From positions 12,058 through 76,057 of the forward strand of contig CAYLUN010000011.1 of NCBI GenBank assembly GCA_964386865.1: a stretch of DNA of 64,000 nucleotides, in the 5' to 3' direction. Both the position numbers and the translations under genes were made by a program. This DNA is from an uncultured Lentisphaeraceae bacterium. GTDB lineage: Bacteria > Verrucomicrobiota > Kiritimatiellia > RFP12 > UBA1067. The stretch's first letter is position 1, and every line of letters begins with the position of its first letter. This document shows, one piece after another, positions 25,115 through 33,500 of this stretch. Under the pieces are notes generated by a model. The model saw only the letters and a list, made by a program, of their open reading frames with translations, did no database searches and had not been told where the DNA came from.

Positions 25115-28100
25115 ATGGTTGAAGGAAGGCGACGCGACGGGCGGCGGGTTGTGGCTGCGACCGGGATGTGGCTGGCGCTATCCGGCGCCGGGCTGGCCCT
25201 GGAGAAAGAGGTCTCGCTGGTGACCGGGCAGCCGGTCGGCGAGCTGGCGGTGGCGGGACGGCTGTCCATCGACCTCCACGCGGTGTTCATGGTGTCGCGC
25301 ACGTACGACAAGGACACGGTGCTCAACTGGTACAGCTGCGGCTACTCAGGCGGCGGGCAAGGCGGCACGAAGGTGGGAGGCGCGTTCGGGGACTTCGGCT
25401 TTCAGGTGCCCTTCAAGGAGCGCGATGCGCGCTATCCGCACGCGGTGACCGTGGACAAGGTGCCCGTGGTGCGGTTCGACGGCAACGACGTGCTCAAGGG
25501 CAACATCGTCGCTGAAGCCGACGTGGCCGGGCGGCAGGACTGGGCGCTGGAGGTCTGGGTGCGCGCCGCCGGGCCGGACGCCGGCACGATTCTCGGGTGG
25601 CAGTCGAAGGATGGCCGCTCGGCCTCGGCGCCGCTGGCCTTCCCGAAGCGGGCGGCCTCAGGGGCGTGGCGCCACCTGGTGCTGAACTGCACGGCCGAGA
25701 GCGAGGCTTGCTACCTCGACGGCGCCAAGGTCTCAAGCGCCAGGCGCGAGACGGTCATCGGCGAGGGGCAGCTGATGGTGCTCGGCGGAGCGGCGGCGGA
25801 CAGGCCCTCGTTCAAGGGCGACCTGGCCGCCGTGCGCCTGCACGACCGGGCGATGACGGAGGCGGAGATCGCGCACAACTTCGCGGGCGGCGCAATGTTG
25901 GGTACGGAGATGCACAGCTGGTGGCGGACGGATCCGGGCACGTGGTGGAGCCAGGAGTCCGAGCACTTCCGGCACTGCGTCGGCCTCGCGGAGATGAAGA
26001 AGTGGGGCGAGCGGCAGCGCAAGGAGTTCGACGCGCGCGTTCCGCAGATGTTCGACATGGCTGAGCTGATCTACCGCACCTACTCGGAGCGGCTGGCGCT
26101 GAGGAGCTCGGTCGTGAGCCGGCGTCCGGAGAAGCGGGGCGACGGCATCAAGTACAAAACGCCGATCCAGCCGGCGGACGGCAGCTGGATGGGCGTGGAC
26201 GACGACTTCGGCTGGGCCTGCCAAGGGGCGGGCCACATCAACCCGCACGAGCTGGCTCACGGGTGGCAGGCGATGACTGGCGGCATGGCCGGTAACTGGT
26301 GGGAGGCGCACGCCAATTTCCCACAGACTTACAACGGCATCTACCAGACCGTCCCGATCATCCTGTCCGAGTGCTCGGCCTTTCCCGCCAGCGGCCGCAC
26401 CTACTACCACGACCGGCTGATGTTCGAGCACCTGGCCCAGACACCAGAGTACGGGCCGATGTTCATCTCCAAGCTCTGGTACGACGGCCCGACTGAAGCG
26501 GACAAAGATCCGTACCCGTGGGCGACGTTCGCGCGTATCAACCCGCTACCGGAGCGGACGCTGGCCGACGAGTACGCGCGCATGGCGATGCGGAACGTGA
26601 CGTGGGACTACACGACCTTCAAAGAGCGCCAGCCCGGCGAGCAGGGCAACACGCCGTACGGCAATGACGGCGCTGTCAGGGAGGAGAACCTCTATGCGGC
26701 GGCCGCCGCGAGCATGCGGGCGGAGATCGAGAGGTACTCGCGGATCCTGCTCGAGCCGATCGCCGGTGAGCCGGGCTGGTGGCGCGTGCCGAAGGAGCAG
26801 GCGCCCCAGCAGCTCGGCTGGAACATCTGCCCGCTGGCGTGCACGGCGGGCCGCGTGTCGGCTGCGCTCTCAGGGTACGTCAATCCGGCGCGCGGGCCGG
26901 ACTGGCGGGCCGCGTTCGTCGGCGTGGACGCAGGAGGAAAGCCGCGTTACGGGGAGATCTTTGCACCGGGCACGCTCAGTCGGTTTGAGGTGACGCGCGA
27001 CATCAAGGAGCTCTATCTCGTTGTCTGCGCCACGCCCACCAACATGCTCAACATCGACATGGTGGGCGACTTTCGCTCATTCGAGCAGGAGCCGTTCCCT
27101 TACCGAGTCAGGCTCGAGGGGTGCGCGCCGCTGGACCTGCTGACGCCGCAAAAGCCCACGGTGGCCGGCGCGCAGCACGCGAACGGCGGCGGCTTCGTCG
27201 AGAAGACGGCGCAGGTCGAGGCGAGCGCCTACGTAGGCCCGCACGCGCAGGTGCTGGGCCACTCCAAGGTGCTCGGAAGCGCGCGGGTTGAGGATTTCGC
27301 GGTCGTTCAGGACGCTACGGTGAAAGACCGCGCGGTGGTCTCGGGGCATGCGCGAGTCGCGGAAGCATCCACCGTGGCAGAGGACGCCAAGGTTCGCGAC
27401 TATGCGGTGGTAAAGGGGCAGACGACGGTGCGGGGGCGGGCCAAGATTCTCGAGCACGGCGCGATCTTTACCCATAAGACGTGCAAGGATCAGGTGGTGG
27501 TCAAAGGCGTGGCGTCCGTCTACGGCGGCAATCAGAGCGGCAGCGCCATGCTCGACGGGTACTATGCCAAAGGCAACGAAATCACCAAGGGCAAGTGGTT
27601 CACCTGGAGCTGGGGCCAGGGCAAGAACGTGGGCGAGGCGGATGAGGAGTTCGGCGGGCTCTACCTGCGGATGGACTTCGAGCGGCCACACCCCTGGATG
27701 GCGCCCGACGACTTCGGCGTCACGTGGGGGTGGCTGGCGGGCGGGGCGACGTGCGCCACCGAGCCTTCGCTGGTCAGCTACCGGAGCGCCCTGCTGCGCG
27801 CCGAGGAGGCGGCGCCGGCGCTGGAGAGCGGCCACCTCGACGACAAGCCGGTCGCGGAGCTGTTGGCCGGCTATCTGCGGCCGCCGGAGACGGGCGACTA
27901 CGTGTTCTGGATCTCGGCGGACGACGAGGGCGAATTCTGGCTGGGCCAGGCGGGCGGCACGACGGCCGACACGCTGCTGTGCGGCAACCCGTTCTGGGCG
28001 GGCCACAAGGAATTCACGCGCTTTCCGTCGCAGAAGTCCTCTCCGGTGCGCCTCGAGAAGGGGAGGTTCTACCCGCTCAAGGCGCTGCACGCCAACAGCC

Positions 28101-28753
28101 ACATGGCGGGCTCGCTGGCTGTCGCGTGGACGGCGCCCGGCGCGGCGGCGCCCGTGATCATCGGCGCGCCGCACCTGTGGGCGGACCGCGAGGGTCGGCG
28201 CCCGGGCGTGGCGCGCCGCATCTGGGGCGACGTGGCCAAAGTCGCTGACCTCGTGAAGCGCCCGGACTATCCTGAGGGCCGCGTGCGCACGGCGGGCGGC
28301 GCGCTGGCGCTGAACGGCAAGGACCAGTACGTGGAGCTTCAGAAGGATGTCGCCGACATGGCCGCTTGCACCTATACGGCCGCGTTCCGCTGGGACGGCG
28401 GAGAGGAAGGGGCCCGCGTGTTCGAGTTCGCCAATCCCAATGGCGATGCGCTGTGGCTAAGCCCCTCCGACAAGGGGCGCCTCGTGTTCGCTATCCGCAA
28501 GGGTCAGACCCTCGAGCAGGCGGCCGCCGCAAAGCCGCTCAAGCAGGGTGTCTGGGTCACCGTGCAGGTGTCGCTGAACGGGCCGGTCTGCTCGGTGTCC
28601 GTCAACGGGCAGGCGGTGGCGGAGAACCGTCGCATGACCTTGCGCCCCGACAGCGTCCGCGCCACGCGGTGCTACCTCGGGCGCGGCCTGCAAGGCCGGC
28701 ACTTCGGCGGCCGGGTCGATCAGTTCTCCGTACGCGTCGGCGCGGGCGGATAG
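25115..28753 (+). CDS. Large secreted multidomain protein (1212 aa): LamG-like, central HExxH-containing region with repetitive V/A-rich segment, PA14, LamG-like
   Basis: ATG 25115 follows AAAGGGGG, with signal peptide MWLALSGAGLA. LamG_3-like region (DLAAVRLHDRAMTEAEI). HELAHGWQ motif. PA14 (GDYVFWISADDEGEFWLG...). Second LamG (LNGKDQYVEL...VTVQVSLNG). Confidence 0.75.
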   Translation: MVEGRRRDGRRVVAATGMWLALSGAGLALEKEVSLVTGQPVGELAVAGRLSIDLHAVFMVSRTYDKDTVLNWYSCGYSGGGQGGTKVGGAFGDFGFQVPFKERDARYPHAVTVDKVPVVRFDGNDVLKGNIVAEADVAGRQDWALEVWVRAAGPDAGTILGWQSKDGRSASAPLAFPKRAASGAWRHLVLNCTAESEACYLDGAKVSSARRETVIGEGQLMVLGGAAADRPSFKGDLAAVRLHDRAMTEAEIAHNFAGGAMLGTEMHSWWRTDPGTWWSQESEHFRHCVGLAEMKKWGERQRKEFDARVPQMFDMAELIYRTYSERLALRSSVVSRRPEKRGDGIKYKTPIQPADGSWMGVDDDFGWACQGAGHINPHELAHGWQAMTGGMAGNWWEAHANFPQTYNGIYQTVPIILSECSAFPASGRTYYHDRLMFEHLAQTPEYGPMFISKLWYDGPTEADKDPYPWATFARINPLPERTLADEYARMAMRNVTWDYTTFKERQPGEQGNTPYGNDGAVREENLYAAAAASMRAEIERYSRILLEPIAGEPGWWRVPKEQAPQQLGWNICPLACTAGRVSAALSGYVNPARGPDWRAAFVGVDAGGKPRYGEIFAPGTLSRFEVTRDIKELYLVVCATPTNMLNIDMVGDFRSFEQEPFPYRVRLEGCAPLDLLTPQKPTVAGAQHANGGGFVEKTAQVEASAYVGPHAQVLGHSKVLGSARVEDFAVVQDATVKDRAVVSGHARVAEASTVAEDAKVRDYAVVKGQTTVRGRAKILEHGAIFTHKTCKDQVVVKGVASVYGGNQSGSAMLDGYYAKGNEITKGKWFTWSWGQGKNVGEADEEFGGLYLRMDFERPHPWMAPDDFGVTWGWLAGGATCATEPSLVSYRSALLRAEEAAPALESGHLDDKPVAELLAGYLRPPETGDYVFWISADDEGEFWLGQAGGTTADTLLCGNPFWAGHKEFTRFPSQKSSPVRLEKGRFYPLKALHANSHMAGSLAVAWTAPGAAAPVIIGAPHLWADREGRRPGVARRIWGDVAKVADLVKRPDYPEGRVRTAGGALALNGKDQYVELQKDVADMAACTYTAAFRWDGGEEGARVFEFANPNGDALWLSPSDKGRLVFAIRKGQTLEQAAAAKPLKQGVWVTVQVSLNGPVCSVSVNGQAVAENRRMTLRPDSVRATRCYLGRGLQGRHFGGRVDQFSVRVGAGG

Positions 28754-29718
28754 AAGCGCCTGGTGTACCAAAGGTAGCCAAGCAGCGCGGCGAACCAGAG
28801 GGCGCTCATGGCCGCGAAGTGGACGGAGTGGGCGTCCCAGACGGGCTTCATGAGTGCGACCTGCTCCTCGGGAATGTTCATCGACGCGTAATAGTCGAAC
28901 ACGCTGTGGCGCGTGAAGGTGGCGCCGATTGAAACCGCCCACGCGGTGACCACGGCGATCGAGCAGGCCCACGCCCGCCGGTCGAGCCGACAGGCGCCCC
29001 ACGCGAGGTAGGCGGTGAGGGCGGCAGTCGCAAGCGCCACGGCCGCGCCCGCCGGCCCGCTCACGATCGCGCCGAAGAACGGCAAGGCCCAGCCGTAGCA
29101 CCCGACAGCTGGCATGGAGATGGCCGACAGGCCGAACAGCAGGCTCACGCCCAGCACGGGCAGGGGGCAGGAATCGGTCCAAGAGGGGGCCGGGTTTCGG
29201 CTCTCGCAGGTCGCCTTGACGTTCTGGCCGCCGTAGAACAGCGCGAACGTCAAGGGCAGAGCCACGTAAATGATGGCCATGAAGCCTAGCATGAACACCT
29301 TGATCATCGTTACCATCGGCACGGGTAGCTGGCCTTGCGCGCTCAGTTGCGAAAACAGATCCGGCAGGGTGATCCACGTGGCGATGAGCGCGCTGACGCC
29401 GCACACGAGCCAGAGCCAGGAGGCGGCCACGGTCAGCGCACGCGCCCAGCGCCGCGCCAGCATGGATCCGACGCCCATCCAGATGAACCAGGCCGCGCCC
29501 GCCCCGTAAATCAAGAGGGCCGGTGCCAGCGCCTTCGTGTCCAGCTGCGGGCCGCCCTCGGCGCCGGCGGCACGCGACAGCGCGGCGCCCGCCCAGATGA
29601 GCGGCACAAAGAGGGCGCAGAGGCCTCCGATCGCCACCTGAAGCAGGCCGAACGCAATCAGGCCGGTCTTACGGTCGTGACAGGGCGCGGCGACTGCCGC
29701 GAAGGCTGTATCGCTCAT
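28720..29718 (-). CDS. Polytopic integral membrane protein, hypothetical
   Basis: About 9 hydrophobic helices. ATG at 29718. The 3' end overlaps the convergent 25115..28753 gene by 34 bp. Confidence 0.55.
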   Translation of the reverse strand: MSDTAFAAVAAPCHDRKTGLIAFGLLQVAIGGLCALFVPLIWAGAALSRAAGAEGGPQLDTKALAPALLIYGAGAAWFIWMGVGSMLARRWARALTVAASWLWLVCGVSALIATWITLPDLFSQLSAQGQLPVPMVTMIKVFMLGFMAIIYVALPLTFALFYGGQNVKATCESRNPAPSWTDSCPLPVLGVSLLFGLSAISMPAVGCYGWALPFFGAIVSGPAGAAVALATAALTAYLAWGACRLDRRAWACSIAVVTAWAVSIGATFTRHSVFDYYASMNIPEEQVALMKPVWDAHSVHFAAMSALWFAALLGYLWYTRRFYPPAPTRTEN

Positions 29719-29725
29719 GCCGGCC

Positions 29726-30400
29726 TCACTTCGACGTGATGGTGATTTTGCCGTCGCGCACAGAAACCGACTCCAGCTTTTCGAGAAGCGCGGCCGACTC
29801 CGGCTTCTCGGCGGCTTCCTCCGCCAGATTCTTGGCGCGAAGCCCCGCCATGAAGCTGTCGGGCACAGGCTTATCCCGCACGCTCAGCGAGTCCATGAAC
29901 ACGAGCAGCCTGCCCGCCGCCATCTCGACGCGGAAGGTGGCGGAACCGTTTAGCCAGCGGCCTTTGAACGACGCGAACATCTTCCCGAGCGCGTCCAGCG
30001 GGATGCTCGCGTCGCCTTTGATGCTGTCGCCTTCCACCGTGACATAGACTTTGCCGCTCATGGTCGACCACGAGGGGTGGTTCTGGATCAGCAGGTTGAT
30101 GTCGCGCGAGTCGAGCGACAGCACCTGTCCGCCTTGGCCCTCCTTAACCGCTTTTGCGAAGGCGCCGACACGCGCCTTGAGGTCGGAAACATCCTGCTCC
30201 GCGGCCTCGACCGTCGGCAGTTGGCTCGGCGCGTCCGTCGTGTATTCGGAGGTGACGACCGCGACGAGCTTCGAGATGTTTCGGTAGGCGACGAAACCGC
30301 CCACAGCGATCAGCAGGACGACCGCCAAACAGCCGATTCCTACGGCCTTGCCGCAGCCGCCCTTCTTTTTCCGCTCAACCTCGCAGGGATACTCGTTCAT
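29726..30400 (-). CDS. N-terminally membrane-anchored hypothetical protein
   Basis: The internal ATG (MNEYPCEVERKKKGG...LAVVLLIAVGG, a TM anchor) is the likely start. It sits immediately upstream of, and on the same strand as, the 28720..29718 gene. Confidence 0.5.
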   Translation of the reverse strand: MNEYPCEVERKKKGGCGKAVGIGCLAVVLLIAVGGFVAYRNISKLVAVVTSEYTTDAPSQLPTVEAAEQDVSDLKARVGAFAKAVKEGQGGQVLSLDSRDINLLIQNHPSWSTMSGKVYVTVEGDSIKGDASIPLDALGKMFASFKGRWLNGSATFRVEMAAGRLLVFMDSLSVRDKPVPDSFMAGLRAKNLAEEAAEKPESAALLEKLESVSVRDGKITITSK

Positions 30401-30594
30401 GCGTGCGCTCCTTTGCCAAGCTACGATCACTTCCGCTTTAAACAGCATTACGTTCGCACACTCTCCGTTCCCGGTCAAGATGGATAAACGACCACAGGTT
30501 TGGTTTTGCGAACGAGCAGGGCAAACGGCTATACTATGAGGTTGACTATGGCGTGCCGCGTGCGGAGACGCGTGCCGCGAGGGCGGTGACACGG

Positions 30595-33500
30595 ATGGCA
30601 GATATTCAGACAGGCGGGTTGGCGGGTTCTTGTCCGGCGCGTTGGACGGCGTTTGCGGCCGCGCTGACCCTGGTTCAGTTGGCCTGTGCGGCCCAGGCGC
30701 TTGAGCAGGTGACGCGGCAGGCGGAGGACGCGTCGCGGATCGCCGCGCCGGTCGAGACCGCTCTGGCCGGTTATCGCGGCTCGGGCTACGTGAACGTTCC
30801 CGCCAGCGGCGGCTCGGCCACCTGGACGGATTTCGACGGCGGGCCCGGCGGCGGGGTGAACATCCAGATCCGTTACCAGCTGGCGGGTACCCTCACGCGC
30901 GAGGCGCCGCTGACGGTTAACGGCGTGACGCGCCGCGTGCGTTTCGCGCCGACCGGCTCGGGCGTGTGGGGCACGGTCACGGCGTTCGGGTGGCTGGCGG
31001 CCGGCGAGACGAACGCCGTGACGCTCTCCACAGACGGCGCGGACATCGGCGCGGTCGACGAAATCACGGTGTCGCAGCCCGCGCCGGTGCGCGTCCCGGC
31101 GCGCGTGTACTGGGGCGGCTACAAGAACATGTCGCAGCTCGTCGGCGCGGGCACGTCGCAGTGGACGTGGGTGCAGGCGCACCAGGACGGGCTGCTGCTG
31201 CACGGCGCGTACTGGGGCAACCCGGCGATGTTGCCCGCGCCCTCCAACGTGGCGCCGGCGCTGGCGGCGCTGCTCGCGCCCCGCAAGCCCCACTACATCT
31301 ACGAGGCCGGTTTTCCGGGCGAGTACCCGCGCATCGACACGGCTCTCGGCACGAGCAACGCCGACGCCGCCATCCAGGACATCGACCAGCTGAAGGCGTG
31401 GGGCTTCTCGCAGCCGGACGTCTCGACGGACTATCACATGTTCGCGTGGCAGGAGTCCATGCGCTACCACCCGGAGTGGGGCCACGACGACTTCTTCGCT
31501 GCCCTCTGCGGCAACTGGTCGACCTACACCGGCGTCGTCGTCAGCGCAGGCACCTACGGGTGGTACCGGCAGTGGACGGAAAAGCTGGCGCAGCGTTACG
31601 CCGGCATCCGCGTGACCGCCTGCGATTCGCCGGTCTACTTCAGCTGGAACGACCTGCGCGAGCTGGGCGACGGCAACAACGCGTACGAGGCGTGGGTCAA
31701 GCTCGAGCGGCGCGGCACGAACGTCACGGCGCTGTGGTCGGCGACCGGCAAGTCGTGGCTGACGCTCGGCGTGACCACCTCCTCGCTGCCTGCGGCCGCC
31801 TACGCCGGGCTGGCGGTGACCAGCCGCAACAACGCGCGCCTCGCCGCGGCCGCGTTCGGCTCGGCCCAGGTCTACAACTACTTCTTCGACGACGTCGGCC
31901 GGCCCGGCCGCGGCGGCTCGCTGTCCACGGGCTCGGGCACCTTCACGCTCACGTCCTACGGCGACAACTCCAACGGCACCGACGAGGACGCGCACTTCTT
32001 CGTCTACCGCGAGCAGGCGGGCGACGGCGCCTTCGTGGCCCGCGTCGCGTCGCTGACCAACAACGCCAGCGCCACGCGCGCCGAGACGTCCGCCGGCCTC
32101 GAGCTGCGCGAGTCGCTCGCCGCCAACGCCCGGGTGGTCTCGCTGTCGCTGCGCAACGACAACAAGGTGCAGTTCCAGACGCGCACCAGCGCGGGCGGCG
32201 CCCTCGCTACAGTCGCCAGCCCTGCCGCCTCCGAGCCGGCCTGGCTCAAGCTGGTGCGCAGCGGCAACAGCTTCTCCGCCTGGATCTCCACCAACGGCAC
32301 GAGCTACGCGCAGGTCGGCACGACTCAGACCGTCGCGCTGGCCAGCGCCACAAAGCTCGGGCTCTTCTGCGACAGCGGCGTCTATTGGGAGGACGCCGCC
32401 GCCCAGTTCTCCCACGTGGACTTCTTGGACGCCACGGCCCACTCGGCCTCGTGGAGCGGGCGGGACATCGGCGCGCCCGGCGTGGCCGGCTCGCACAGCG
32501 GCACCTCGACGATCACAGTCGAGGCCAGCGGCGCGGATATCGGCGGCGCGTCCGACCAGTTCCGCTTCGTCTACAAGCCGCTGACGGGCGACGGCACCGT
32601 GCTCGGGCAATGTTCCACCTTCGCCGACAAGGCGAGCCCGGCGACGGCGCTGGACGCGCTCGCGAAGATGGGCGTGATGCTGCGCGCCTCCACGAACGCG
32701 AACGCGCGGCACGCCGCCGCCGTCTTCACGCCGCAGCAGGGCATCCGCCACCTGAGCCGCGCCGCGGACGGCGCGCCGACGGCCACCGGCGGCGTCTGGG
32801 GCGTCGGCGAGGCGGCGATCGTGCCCAGCCTGACCGGCGCCCGCCGCGCGCTGGCGCACTACCTGACGGGCAACGATTTCTTCGCCGCGCTGCGCGACGC
32901 CTTCCCCAGCACCTACAAGACAAACGGCGTGGGCTTCACCACCGACTCGCCCTACCGCAGCTACATGTGCTGGGGCGGCAGCGAGACGCACGGCGACGCG
33001 CAGAAACACCGGCAGAAGATCCGGCTCTACGAAGCGTGGCTGCAGGCAAACGGGATGGAGCACCAGCTCATCGCCAACAGTAACGTCGGCGGCGCGACCG
33101 GCACGCAGGCCGAGCGCGACGCGTGGGACTCGGACTACGCCGACGAGTCGCTGCGCAGCATCGCGCTGCACCAGCTCGAGGGCGGCCGGCCCGACCGCGT
33201 GATCTTCGAGTCGTGGTACGACGGGCCCTACACGCTGGTGCCAGAGACGAAGTCCGGCTCGTTCGCCAACCTCGCCCTGCGCGGCCTCAAGTATCTGAAA
33301 GGCGAGGGGCAGACGCTGGATCTGACGGTGAAGGCCAATCCGGCCTCATTCTTCTTCGGCGGCGGCCTCCAGCAGAGCGTGCCTGCGGGCGAGCAGGCGC
33401 GGAGCTGGCGCGCCGCCACGACCAACGCCGCGCAGACCTTCACGGTCCGCCTCAGGAACGCCGGCGAGGTCGAGGCGCTGCCCGTGCTGCACGCGTACGC

